Positions 1 to 11,776 are shown, numbered from the stretch's first letter. The stretch is DNA of 23,189 bases from Octopus sinensis (GCF_006345805.1 NW_021823563.1:1-23189), one strand, 5' to 3'. A program made the numbers and translations. The notes: generated from the letters alone by a model not told the origin.

Positions 1-99
1 ACTAACCTTACACGACAACTCCTATGATAAATAAATATTCATTTTAGTCTAGTAATTATAAAATTATAATGTAATTATTAAGCATTTTCTTATAGCAGC

Positions 100-1330
100 T
101 TACCTCGTCTATTATAAATAAGCTAGGTATATCCTATAATAAGGTTTTGGAATGCAAACCTAGTCTACCCCTTATCTACTATATTCTAAAATAATTTCAC
201 TTTTCAATTTACTGATTTAAATTTCCTTCACTAAAACACTAAACTTCTAAACCATTTTATCTTACTCATTTACCCTCTATATCATCTTATGGAGGCACGT
301 GGCCTAGTGGTTAGAGCAGCGGACTCGCTGTCGAGGGACCACGGGTTCGAATCTCGGACCGGGTGATGTGTGTGTTTATGAGCGAAACACCTAAGCTCCA
401 CGCGGCTCCGGCAGAAGGTAATGGCTGAGTCTTTCGCCACAACTTTCTCTCACTCTTTCCTCCTGCATCTTGCAGCTCACCTGCGACGGACTGGCGTCCC
501 GTCCAGGTGGGGAACCTATACGCCAAGAAACCGGGAACCGGCCCTTATGAGGCAGGCATGGCTCGGGAAGGAACAAACAACAACTATATCGTCTTGCTGA
601 TAATACATTTCTATTGGGTTCACACTTAACCTATACAGAACCATACTGTTATAATTCACTGTCTATTTTATAACACAGTAAATACATTCTAAAGTCATTA
701 ACATGCAGGTAATATATGAAATGTTTAGCATATTCCTTTAATTTAACTCATTAATACAATAAATTACTATTTATTAATTAACTATAATTTTATATTATTT
801 TGATTTATATTTATATAAATATGAAATTATTTCTATAGTCTCCATCCCTATATTGTATAAGATACTAAAATTATTCGAATTCTTTGAAAAAACTATCTAA
901 AATATATCTATTTATTTCAAATCACAAGTAGGATTATGGCTGTTAAATAGTTAGGTATTCTCCCTACCCCATTAGCTTTGGCCTACTAATTTTAACTGAA
1001 ATACATTCAACTGTACCAAATGGGTTCTTCAAAGAGAACTTGATTTATGGCTCTGCTACTTGAATTGTCTTTTCCTCTATCTATAAAAGATAGATTCTTG
1101 TTGTTGTCTCCACTAGAATTGATAGAATAATATCAAACCCTCTCCCCCAATAGTAAATCTAAATAACAAAGTAAAATCAGTGATACGCAGTGTCTCCATG
1201 AATAAATATTAATTACTACCATGTTTCTGTTGATGAAACTGGTTTCTCTGTCTATCTATTTACTCTCTTTATGATGTTGGTAAATGGAATAAGTATAAAT
1301 ATGAATCTTTTCATCTAACTAAAATTCTAT
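100..1330 (-). pseudogene. Possible very decayed Penelope-like retroelement ORF, interrupted by the SINE
   Basis: Minus-strand remnants in the expected order: QFHQQKHG..M (~1245-1200), WGRGFDII (~1150-1127), DNNKNLSFID (~1110-1080), IGYT (~140-125). Spacing is compressed and there are many stops, so this is weak. Confidence 0.3.
291..583 (+). mobile_element. tRNA-derived SINE, full length, with target-site duplication
   Basis: A box TGGCCTAGTGG (300-310), B box GGTTCGAATCT (344-354), central motif CCTGCGACGGACTGGCGTCCCGTCCAGG (480-507; resembles the Meta-type SINE domain, from memory), (AAC)n tail. Flanking direct repeat CTATATCATCTT (277-288) / CTATATCGTCTT (584-595). Confidence 0.9.
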
Positions 1331-1559
1331 ATTTTTATATGCAGCTGAAGATTGCTCTACATTTTAAAACTCATGTAATACTTGCATTGTTTAATCAATG
1401 AAGTCGCATGAAACGATCGTACTGCATTACCTTTGGATATACTTGTTGCTTATTTTGATTATAATCACCCCATTTTGAATTATATTGATAATACCATACC
1501 AAATTCTGATGCCTTTAACTTAAGTACCATATTCAGCAGAATCTAAATTTTTACTGAAC

Positions 1560-1560
1560 T

Positions 1561-1587
<27 letters not shown>
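1560..1587. repeat. (TA)n microsatellite
   Basis: Direct inspection. Confidence 0.95.
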
Positions 1588-1591
<4 letters not shown>

Positions 1592-1800
1592 ATAATAAAT
1601 CTCTGGACGAGATGTAAACAGTAATTGCTCGACAACGTAAAGTATACTAGCCATCCCAATATGGCTAACCACTAAGGGTGGGTGTTACTGTAGCTTTTAG
1701 CCCCAGGAGATCATCGTCTCCAACTGGCTTTAGGCACACTTTCTGTGCCCTTATGGTATTTGCAAAGGGAGGTCATCCTTCTCTCGTAAACCTAAGTGAT

Positions 1801-1803
<3 letters not shown>

Positions 1804-1875
<72 letters not shown>
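1804..1875. repeat. (CA)n microsatellite
   Basis: Direct inspection. Confidence 0.95.
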
Positions 1876-1879
<4 letters not shown>

Positions 1880-2064
1880 TATACCTTCGAAACGCAGAGT
1901 AGATGAAACCATGGCGACTGAAGAAGGGGAATTTTCCTTGTGTTATTTGTCCTGTACTCTATTTTTTTTGTTTAGAAAAATGTCCAATTCCTTGGTTTTA
2001 TGCTTATGTTTTCGTTTCTCATTGTGTTCGACGTTTTTTTTTATGTCCTGTACCCATATATGCG

Positions 2065-2204
2065 TGTATATATACATGTAGAGGTAGGTACGTACATATA
2101 TGTACATATATATACCTATGTTTTATTTATTAATATGTTATATGACGGAACGCACGCATCCATTTCTAAGTAATATTGTTCTATATATATATATATATAT
2201 ATAT

Positions 2205-2250
<46 letters not shown>

Positions 2251-2450
2251 CATACACATATGCATGTATGTATGTATATATACATATGCATGTATGTATA
2301 TATAACATATGTATGTATGTATTTGGACACATATGCACGCCCTTATATATTAATATATATAATATATATATATATATTATATATATATATATATATATAA
2401 TATATAATATATGTATATATATATATATATACATATGCACATAGTGCTTA
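2065..2450. repeat. (TA)n/(TATG)n compound microsatellite
   Basis: Direct inspection; explains the YI-repeat ORFs. Confidence 0.9.
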
Positions 2451-2576
2451 TATGTCACAGAATATGTGTCATTGTTTTGTATATTTATATTAAAACAGAT
2501 TTATTCACATACATTTAGAAAAGAAAAAAATTGCGACAATTTTTGAAAATAAATAAATTCAAATCAGCCAAGGAAT

Positions 2577-2577
2577 G

Positions 2578-2657
<80 letters not shown>

Positions 2658-2716
2658 CAACAACAATAATAATAACAATAAAGATAATAATAATAATACT
2701 GATACTGACAATAATA
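2577..2716. repeat. (AAT)n/(AAC)n microsatellite
   Basis: Direct inspection. Confidence 0.95.
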
Positions 2717-3074
2717 ATGTGCAGACAATATACAAATAAACACACACAGACACACACACTTCAACAAACAAGAAAATTTGAACAAAATCACAGACAAAAA
2801 AAAACCCAACAAAATTTGATAAATTTGGTGTAGAAAATAGCAACAATTTATCGTGTTTTTTCATAGAATAAAATAAAATATATCGTTATTTAGTTATTTT
2901 ATTACAATAAAATCGAGAACTTCCCACCCCATCGCCTTCACCATCGTCCTCTCCACCGCCATAAACTTAATGCTACGCGCCAAATAAAAGAAAACAAATT
3001 AGTACCCCCGGTTCAACACAGCCTGACTCTACTCTCCTCCAAGCTACTCTAGTTCACCATGTATCATACCATAC

Positions 3075-3098
3075 AACGCACACGCACACACACACACA

Positions 3099-3145
<47 letters not shown>

Positions 3146-3381
3146 AACACAAACAAACAAACGCACAAACATATACATATATATATATACACACACATAT
3201 GGAGATATATGCATGTATGTATATATATGTATATATATATATACATACACACACACACACACATACACACACACATATATATATATATATGCGTATATCT
3301 ATATTTCTATGTGTGCATATATATATATGTGTGTGTGCGTGTCTATGTGCATGTATATATATATTCGATAGACAGATAGAC

Positions 3382-3444
<63 letters not shown>

Positions 3445-3620
3445 CAAAGAGATAGATGATAGAGAGATATAGATAAATAGATAGATAGATATATGGATGG
3501 ATAGATAGATAAATAGATAGATAGATGGATAGATATAGATATATAAACAGGCTGACAGAGACAGACAAACAGACAGACAGATACATAGATATTTTGATAG
3601 ATTATCAAAGAGATAGAGAG
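3075..3620. repeat. Compound (CA)n-(TA)n-(GATA)n/(GACA)n microsatellite
   Basis: Direct inspection; the GATA run spans ~3368-3600. Confidence 0.95.
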
Positions 3621-3667
3621 TTAAATAAGTAGATGGCTACATACACAAATGCATACACACCTTCAAT

Positions 3668-3799
3668 GCTGCTGCTGCTGCTACTGCAACTGCTACTACT
3701 ACTACTACTACTACTACTACTTAGAACATTATCATAAATATTATTATTATTTTTATTATTTCCTTTTCTTCTTGTTATTATCCTTAATATTGTTATTTT

Positions 3800-3834
<35 letters not shown>

Positions 3835-3858
3835 AGTAGTAGTAGTAGTAGTAGTAGT
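3668..3858. repeat. (CTG/CTA)n and (TAG)n trinucleotide runs
   Basis: (CTA)n at ~3693-3720 and its complement (TAG)n at 3800-3858. Confidence 0.9.
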
Positions 3859-4129
3859 GCTCTGGTTGGTAATCTTTTTTTCCTTTTCTTTGTTGTATTT
3901 GAATGAAGTCAATTTGTATATAAAAGTCATTAATCAAAAATGTGTGTGACTGCGTTGTAATAAATGTCGGAATTTGATTTTTGACGAAAAAAATAAAATT
4001 ATAATAATATACAAAAACAAAACAAAAAAAAAAAAATCAAAATCAACTGAAACAACACAAAATCTGTCGGTCGGCCATTTTGCTTCTTTCTTGTTCTTTG
4101 AGATTTGTATATGTAAAATTTTAAGAATA

Positions 4130-4150
4130 TGTGTGCGCGTGTATATATAT

Positions 4151-4202
<52 letters not shown>

Positions 4203-4414
4203 TATACACATACATGTACATATAATATATATATATATATACATGTACATATATATATATATACATACATGTACATACATATTCATACATATACATATGC
4301 ATGCATATATCTGTCTATGTCCATGTATATGCTGTTATCGTGATTTGATGCTGTTTTTAACATGTATCTATAAATCTATATATCACATGTATACATACAT
4401 ACGTCTCTATATAT

Positions 4415-4448
<34 letters not shown>

Positions 4449-4474
4449 TATATATATATATATAAATATACATA

Positions 4475-4542
<68 letters not shown>

Positions 4543-4570
4543 GTATGTATATCTACATGCATATATGAGA
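4130..4570. repeat. (TA)n/(CT)n/(TATG)n compound microsatellite
   Basis: Direct inspection. Confidence 0.9.
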
Positions 4571-5160
4571 TATGATATTCGTATGTCTATGTGTACAGTC
4601 GAGTGTTAGCATTTTCTAACGTTTTTCAAGACAAAAATTGGCTGGCCACTTATAATTCGTTTTTGTCCTCGTATCCATACACACTCGCGCGCCGCCACAC
4701 ACACACACTAATACACACACACACACGCATACACACGCACACAGATACAGACACACACAAACATACATACATACGCATCTATATCTGCTTTCCTTTTCGA
4801 CGGAATATACTAAAAGTACGCTTGCGTTTTAGATCTGATTTTTCATTTTATTTCTAAAGTAAAATTTCTCGTCAGTTTTTTTCAGAAGATCAAAAGTCAC
4901 TGAATCCATCAACGTTCTAGACTTTCCTTGCCTCATCATCAGAATAATGTGTTGCAGGTCTTCTCTATATGTTGTTAGCAATTGCAAGAGGATTTTCTAT
5001 TCCGATATGTAATGTAAGCTAGTTATTACCTTATTACAGATATAGTATCTTGTGCGACATGCACCTAGTGTTATTTCTGTAGAAATAATTCAAGATATAC
5101 CAAAAAATATAATGGAACCAATAATGCATTCATAGAAACATACATACTTACATATACACC

Positions 5161-5203
<43 letters not shown>

Positions 5204-5256
5204 ATATATATATAATATATATATATATATATTATATATATATATTATGTGTGTGT

Positions 5257-5380
5257 AAAAGTAAAAAATATACAAACTGGGAAAGAACGTGAAACATTTA
5301 GAAGACGACACAAAAAACACGGACGGGACATTCGAAGCCCTCAATCATCAGTCAAGAACCGGATCATCTTCGCAATTTCG
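5257..5380 (-). mobile_element. Short (TA)n-flanked interspersed repeat fragment, possibly a Penelope-type terminal repeat
   Basis: Bounded by TA runs on both sides. The minus strand reads CGAAATTGCG...GACTGATGATTGAGGGCTTCGAATGTC followed by a T-rich tail. Shares GAACGTGAAAC with 6300-6310. Confidence 0.4.
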
Positions 5381-5393
5381 ATATATATATATA

Positions 5394-5535
5394 TCACGTG
5401 ATCACGTGACCGACCAGGCTATCAGACGTTGCTACACATCGCTGGTCACAATGCGCTTTGCATTGTTTTAGCCTTCAAATGACGCCACCCCGCTGGTTAA
5501 GTGAGCAGGCCAACAGAAGAAAGAGTTGCGAAAAA
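5394..5535 (-). mobile_element. 3' half of an octopus-type SINE (OR1-like), 5'-truncated
   Basis: Ends in a (TCACGTGA)x2 palindromic tail. The minus-strand start TTCGCAACTCTTTC resembles 433-459 of the first SINE. Family assignment is from memory. Confidence 0.55.
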
Positions 5536-6361
5536 GTGATGTTCACACTATTTGGTAGATGTTTCGCAAGTTAAATAAAGAATATTAACCAAAAAATGGT
5601 TTTAAACCATTGTTGAATTATCTGTACTGTTCATGTAAATTTGGTCAAAAATGAAGAATTTAAGGGCAAAAAACAGGTTTTCTAATCAGTTTTCCGCAAT
5701 TGTTGGTCATACGTGGATGAATTCTGTGCATTTCGGAGTCTCCTAACGTTATCCTTGGGGTGAGTAAATAGTGTGTAAAGTTTGAACGCAATGCACCGAA
5801 GCAGTGAGAAGTGGAAAAAGTGGATAAAACCGACTTTTTCACAGTTTCCAAGCATAGAGATTGTACACAGTGTTATTGGGTCGAGGGTCTTTTTGAAGTG
5901 ACTTAAAAGTTTGGAATGTGTTTGTAAGGTCAAACCAAAAACAGGAAGAGAGGAAAAAACAAGAGTGAGAAAATATAAAAGCGGGGAGATAATAAAGAGA
6001 TGAAGAGAGGGAGAGTGTACTGGCTAGTGGTCAGTCAGGATAAATTGATAGAAGGAAAGCTGAGGTGACGGTGAGAGAGAGAGATAAAGATATGAGTTTG
6101 TAAAGAGATGAGAGGGTAAAGAGTAAAGGAGTGCGAGGTATGTAGAGATAGAGCCTAAGTGAAGGGCAGAGAGAAGGGGTAGGGGTAGTAATATTGTAGC
6201 AAAATGTTAATAGATTCGCACACACACATAAACACACACACACACACACACACACATATAATATATATAAAAGTCAACCAAAACAGTCCGACGAACGGGA
6301 ACGTGAAACTCTGAGTAACAGCTTTTTTTTTTTATATCTTTACACCTTCATTAATAATGTG

Positions 6362-6403
<42 letters not shown>

Positions 6404-6404
<1 letters not shown>

Positions 6405-6591
6405 AGATCGTTAGCCACTGCAAACATTTTTCTTCTCTCCTTGTGTCTCTCCTTGTTTTCTGTGTCCCTTTCTGTAGAAGAGCATAGGCTCGAAACGTAA
6501 AAGACTTTTTCTATTCCTGAGCGTTATACTAACGCATCTGTTTGTTTTGTACACCACCTGTCTTCGTCTTTTGTTGTTTTTCGTAAACTCT

Positions 6592-6595
<4 letters not shown>
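6404..6595 (+). mobile_element. ~190-bp (TA)n-flanked non-autonomous element carrying a variant hammerhead fold (copy A)
   Basis: Near-identical reverse-complement copies at 17371-17552, 18584-18772, 19907-20089 and 20783-20960; the 3' end ...AAACTCTCCC runs into (TA)n. Confidence 0.85.
6468..6503 (+). ncRNA. Minimal type I hammerhead-like motif with non-canonical core CUGUAGA
   Basis: CTTT-CTGTAGA-A-GAGC(ATAG)GCTC-GAAA-CG-TA-AAAG: stem I CTTT/AAAG, stem II GAGC/GCTC, palindromic ACGT in place of stem III. Confidence 0.6.
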
Positions 6596-6638
<43 letters not shown>

Positions 6639-7654
6639 CAGATATATGTATTTGACATCAGGAAAAAAAACCATAATTTCTAAAATGTGCAACGATATAA
6701 ACGGATGAAAAAAAGGTATCAAAATTTTCTTTACAATTTAATACTTTCTGGTCATCTGATCTAATTTCTGAAAATCGACAAAATAAATCATAAGAAAACA
6801 AAACAAATGACTAATTCCTTTTCATTTTTGTTTTCTTCGTCAACGTCAATCGTTTCGTGTCTCCTCAATCTCATTTTCTTTCTTCATGTCAATTAATTTT
6901 CACTTCTTTATTTTTATGTTTCTTCATCTTAATTAGTTTTTTTTTCCCTAACTCAGATTTTATCTTTCATCTTCCATGTCAGCGTTTTTCGTTCCTCTCA
7001 TTTGTATTCTTCCTCTTTCATTCATTCATTTCAGTTGATCTTTTTTTTCTTCTTTAAATCAACTTTTCATCCTTCATTTTCATCAATTCCTGCAGCTCAT
7101 TTCACGCGTTTCTTTCACATCAATTGTTTGCGTTCTTCATCTTCTATTTTATAAGGCTGGTACTACAATAGCGAAAGCCGGCTTTATTTTGGAATAACGT
7201 TTAATTTAACTATGTCCATAATATATGACATTTTGAAGCGTAGAGTTTGCGCTATTGATTTATACTAATAGTTCTGCCTTCAATTGACGGCTAAAATTGA
7301 AACGAACTCATGTACAACAACTATAATAATTGCAGGAGAACTAAAAAATGACCACTAGAAAGTAGAGTAAAACAAAAATGAAGAAAAAAGAAAGGAAAAC
7401 TGCTTGGAAAATTGTATCGCGCGAGTTAAAGCGAAATCGTAAATAATCATTATTGTAAAATTTGTTGCTTGCTTTTTCATTTTTTTTTCTTTTTTCGCGC
7501 GAGGAACACGATTCATTTCTTGATTGCACTGTGATATTTGACGAAAATAAATTCTATACCACAGCTTCCAGCATTCACCGAATTGGTTGGATGAGATAGA
7601 GCATCAGCACAACTTTCCTGATCTGAGTCATGATCGATGTTTGGTTATTGGCGT

Positions 7655-7897
7655 GAAGGCACGCAGCTTGATTAGGGTGTTGTACTCACGATCCCAAGTT
7701 CCTGGCTTTGTTTTTCTGACCGGTAGCGAGTTGTGTCATTGTCCAAAATACATTATTTTACGTTACCCCAGATAATTCAGCTGCGAATGATTAACCCTGC
7801 GAGGACTGGCATCTCATTCGGTGGAAATGTTATCGCGATCACTTAAACACATGAAAACCGAGAAAGCAACCATGTGAGTCCTAGGACATGAGACAGT
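7655..7897 (+). mobile_element. Old, diverged SINE related to the 291-583 SINE
   Basis: Starts GAAGGCACGC (cf. GGAGGCACGT). Central CCTGCGAGGACTGGCATCTCATTCGG (7796-7821) and GAAAACCGAGAAA match the same motifs in the same order. Confidence 0.65.
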
Positions 7898-8094
7898 CAT
7901 TTAGATTAATTTTTGTTTTTGCATAAATTACTATAAAACTTTTATTTTAGTTTTTCCTCCTTTGCAACACATTTCCCACCTCGCCTTCATTTCTATTTTC
8001 ATCTCCCTACTAAATTATTTTCCTTGCTCAAACGCTTTATTCATAGCATTCACTTCAAATACTTTGTTTTTATTTTTTTCATTTTTCATACCTC

Positions 8095-8520
8095 ATGAGA
8101 AAATGAAGATTCTTTTATCCTTCATTTTAAATTGATCCTTCATCTTTAAATGAAGGAACAATATTTGATCCTTAATTTCCAAAAGAAAAATCAACATTCT
8201 CTGCGCCTTATTCTCAATCGAATCCTTGATCTTAAAATGAAGATTAACCTTAATTGCTATTTCGTGCACTTGATCTTTTACCTTAAAATGACTTTCATAT
8301 TTCCATCTTTAATTTCAAAATGAAGAATCAACGTTTTTGTCTATTCATCTTAAATTGATTCTTCGTCTGAAAATAAAGGCTCATCCTTAATGGACACTTC
8401 ATGTCAACTTGATCCTCATTTCTAAATAACAGATCAAACTAAACTGACCCGTTCTATGAACTTGACCATTCATCTCTAAATGAACAACATTATTTGAATC
8501 TTGCGCTCAACTTCATGTTT
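8095..8520. repeat. Degenerate array of the palindromic monomer TTGATCCTTCA-N-TGAAGGATCAA
   Basis: Irregular diverged copies, e.g. TTGATCCTTCATCTTTAAATGAAGGAACAA at 8132-8161. Confidence 0.7.
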
Positions 8521-9330
8521 GATTTCCAACTAAAGGATAATTTCATTTCTCATCTGAATTTGATCTTTCATTTCAAAATTAAAGATAAACATTTTTCGAT
8601 CTTTGACCTCAACGTCATCTTTCATCTCAAACTGAAGGATCAATATAATTGATCTCTCATCTGAACTCGATCCTTCATTCCAAAATTAAAGGTGAACATT
8701 TTTCAGTCCTTGAGCTCACCTTTGCCTTTCATTTCAAACTGAAGGATCAATATAATTGATCTCTCGTCTCAACTTGATCCTTCATTTCAAAATTAAAGGT
8801 GAACATTTTTCAGTCCTTGAGCTCAACTTTGCCTTTCATTTCAAACTGAAGGATGAATATAATTGATCTCTCATCTCAACTTGATCCTTCATTTCAAAAT
8901 TAATGGTGAACATTTTTCAGTCCTTGAGCTCAACTTTGCTTTTCATTTCAAACTGAAGGATCAATATAATTGATTTCTCATCTCAACTTGATCCTTCATT
9001 TCAAAATTAAAGATGAACATTTTTCAGTCCTTGAGCTCAACATTGCCTTTCATTTCAAACTGAAGGATCAATATAATTCATTTCTCATCTCAACTTGATC
9101 CTTCATTTCAAAATTAAAGGTGAACATTTTTCAGTCCTTGAGCTCAACATTGCCTTTCATTTCAAACTGAAGGATCAATATAATTGATCTCTCATCTCAA
9201 CTTGATCCTTCATTTCAAAATTAAAGGTGAACATTTTTCAGTCCTTGAGCTCATCATTGCCTTTCATTTCAAAGTGAAGAATCAACATATTCGATCTCTC
9301 ACCCGAAACTTGATCCTTCATTTCAAAACA
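8521..9330. repeat. 107-bp tandem repeat, ~7.5 copies, each a dimer of 54+53-bp subunits
   Basis: ACTGAAGGAT starts at 8631, 8738, 8845, 8952, 9059 and 9166, with a variant at 9273: exact 107-bp period. Confidence 0.95.
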
Positions 9331-9894
9331 AACAATTAATAGTTTAATTTTATCCTTTATCGCAACTTCATTTCTAGTTTTCGTCTTTCACCTTGGAAAT
9401 GATATGACAGTTACTTCTGACAAGGTCCTATGAAAAAGGGCGCCCGCAGATGATTGTAAATGCCACGATCCTCTCAGGAATATTGTGCGCAGAAACTGGA
9501 TGGATGGATCTCTCACCTAAACTCTTTTCGTCTTAATGATTTCTGTCGTCTTTCGCTCATTTCCCTTGTTCTTTGATCTCGTAAGTTCCCCTTCTTTCAA
9601 TCTTTTTTTCGTTCACGTTAATTATGTCTTCACCCTATTTTTTGCTGTCATTTTTTCTTCTTCGCTTCTACCGCATATCTTTCCTTCATTTCTATATTAC
9701 TTCATTCACGCATGTTTCTTTCGTTGTAACATTTCCGTCTTTCGTTCTTCACAAGAAACGCCTGCTTCCGTATAATTTATATCCCCTTCATTCCTCTCAA
9801 ATGATTTTACTTTCATTCCACACCATTTTCTTCCTTCATCTTAATTATTTTACTTTGAATTATTTCAATTTTATTTCTGTCACATCAATTATCT

Positions 9895-10270
9895 CTCTTT
9901 TTACTCTTTTACTCTTTTACTTGTTTCAGTCATTTGACTGCGGCCATGCTGGAGCACCGCCTTTAATCGAGCAAATCGACCCCAGGACTTATTCTTTTCG
10001 TAAGCCCAGTACTTATTCTATCGGTCTCTTTTGCCGAACCGCTAAGTGACGGGGACGTAAACACACCAGCATCGGTTGTCAAGCAATGCTAGGGGGACAA
10101 ACACAGACACACAAACATACACACATACAGATATACATATATACGACAGGCTTCTTTCAGTTTCCGTCTACCAAATCCACTCACAAGGCATTGGTCGTCC
10201 CGGAGCTATAGCAGAAGACACTTGCCCAAGATGTCACGCAGTGGGACTGAACCCGGAACCATGTGGTTGG
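9895..10270 (-). mobile_element. tRNA-derived SINE (octopus OR2/CORE-like), A box missing
   Basis: Minus strand: B-box-like GGTTCAGTCCC, CORE-like ATCTTGGGCAAGTGTCTT, internal TG/TA tract, and a LINE-type tail GCTCCAGCATGGCCGCAGTCAAATGACTGAAAC + (TAAAAGAG)n. Confidence 0.85.
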
Positions 10271-10356
10271 TTTCCATATAAACTTCTCCCTTCTCACCAC
10301 AATTTTTCTTTCGCTCTTTCCACTCTATTTACTTCTCTCATCTAAACTTATTTAAT

Positions 10357-10593
10357 CTTTTACTTCGTTCGGTTATTGGAGTGCGGCCATGTTGGGGCAT
10401 CACCTCGAAGTGTTTTAGTCCAACAAATCGATCTCAGTACTTATATTTTAAGTCTGGTACTTTTTCTAACATTCTCTTTTGCCGAACTACTATGTTACAG
10501 GGCCTGATACAAACCAACAACAGCTGTCAAGCAGTTGCAAGGGCAAACACACAAAAATCCACGTGCATACACGCAAACACACGTACCATAAAT

Positions 10594-10624
<31 letters not shown>

Positions 10625-10807
10625 GTATGCGCGCACATACACACATGCAATGGGACTCCGTACAGTTTCCGCCTAGCAAATTCAATCTCAAATCATTGGT
10701 TGGCCCCAGAGTTTTAATAGGAGACATTTGTCCTAGGTGCCTCGCGGTGGACTTGAACGCGACATCGCGTGGTTACAAAGCAAGACCTTAGCCACATAGA
10801 CATACCT
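10357..10807 (-). mobile_element. Older diverged copy of the same SINE family
   Basis: Colinear with 9895-10270 (GCGGCCATG, AAATCGA, CTCTTTTGCCGAAC, CAGTTTCCG), with an internal (CA)n and a degenerate A/B-box head at 10745-10807. Confidence 0.8.
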
Positions 10808-10957
10808 ATTTCATTCCCTAATTCAAATTTCATTTCTTTCATCTTGCGTCTCTTTCACGTTTTTATTTGAATAATTCCTTCACTTCAAATATTCTTTTGC
10901 TCCTTCATTCCCCTCTGGTTTTATTAAAATCAAATCAGTTGTTGTCTCGGCGCGAAA

Positions 10958-11352
10958 CGGCTGTGAAATTTACTTCGCAATTTCGAGGTTACAGGTTCTG
11001 TACGACAACGTGGTATTTAAGGCGGAGAGCTGGCAGAAACGTTAGCACGTCGGGCGAAATGCTTAGCGGTATTTCGTCTGCTGTTACGTTGTGAGTTCAA
11101 ATTCCGCCGAGGTCGACTTTACCTTTCATCCTTTCGGGGTCGATAAATTAAGTACCAGTTACGCACTGGGGTCGATGTAATCGACTTAATCCGTTTATCT
11201 GTCCTTGCTTGTCCCCTCTATGTTTGGCACCTTGTGGGTAATAAAGAAATAGGTATTTAAGGGAAATCTCATTTAGAGAAGTTTAAGATCACAACTGCGG
11301 TACGACCCAAGTTATAGGAACAAACCAAGTTGCGAAGTAGGAAATCTGCAGT
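10958..11352. mobile_element. Putative decayed MITE (imperfect terminal inverted repeats) split by a SINE
   Basis: TACTTCGCAATTT (10971-10983) vs AAGTTGCGAAGTA (11327-11339), 12/13 complementary, with weaker complementarity on either side. Confidence 0.5.
11021..11251 (+). mobile_element. tRNA-derived SINE (octopus OK-like), full length, with target-site duplication
   Basis: A box GAGCTGGCAGAA, B box GAGTTCAAATTCC, central CCTTTCATCCTTTCGGGGTCGATAAATTAAGTACCAG. Direct repeat GGTATTTAAGG at 11012-11022 and 11252-11262. Confidence 0.9.
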
Positions 11353-11776
11353 GCAGGAAACTGTGCAGAAGCACATAGAATCCATTGCATCCTTCGATAA
11401 TCCAAACATCCACTTTTGTCACACGCTGAGGCACATTGAGCCTACCAAAGATCCACATTAAAGACACCCGAGTCTCCCCTGCTTCTTCCGCGAAAAGATA
11501 CATTACACGTTCGAACAGCTACATACGCATCACCGTGAACGACGAAGATCCATTTTTATATTTTTATATCTTTTTCTTCCACATCAATGATTTTTCACTC
11601 TCATTTCTTCGTTCCTCTTTTGACTCGTTCACATCAATAGTCTCTTCCGCTTCCATTTTCTCATCTGTTGTTTCCATTTTTATCCAATCATCTTTCGCAT
11701 CGAGGTTTCGTATTAAATTAGTTTCTTTCATTGCGTTTTTTAAACAATGTTTTTTGTCGTATATATTTTTTGCCGT

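Noticed and set aside
291-365. tRNA gene
   Set aside because: A and B boxes continue into a SINE body with tail and target duplication, and there is no Pol III terminator after the tRNA-like part.
1884-1945. Hammerhead at CTGAAGA-AGGGGAATTTTCCTT
   Set aside because: No GAAA follows the stem, and the upstream GAAACGCA lacks a 5' core and a UH triplet; at most a relic.
2100-4416. Many ORFs of YI, TH, CV or poly-residue composition (also 11436-13475 and 20963-21279)
   Set aside because: They are translations of microsatellites that lack stop codons by chance.
4905-4950. Minus-strand CTGATGA...GAAA
   Set aside because: Stems I and II do not pair.
5545-6200. Possible non-autonomous DNA transposon or Helitron-like segment
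   Set aside because: Only generic AAATTTGG/AAAGTTTGA motifs and a purine tract; no termini could be defined.
7150-7190. Hairpin AAGGCTGG...GAAAGCCGGCTT as a ribozyme or Helitron end
   Set aside because: No CUGANGA core, no twister consensus and no following CTRR.
8095-9330. CRISPR-like array of palindromic repeats
   Set aside because: The intervening sequences are repeated rather than unique spacers, there are no cas genes, and the context is eukaryotic.
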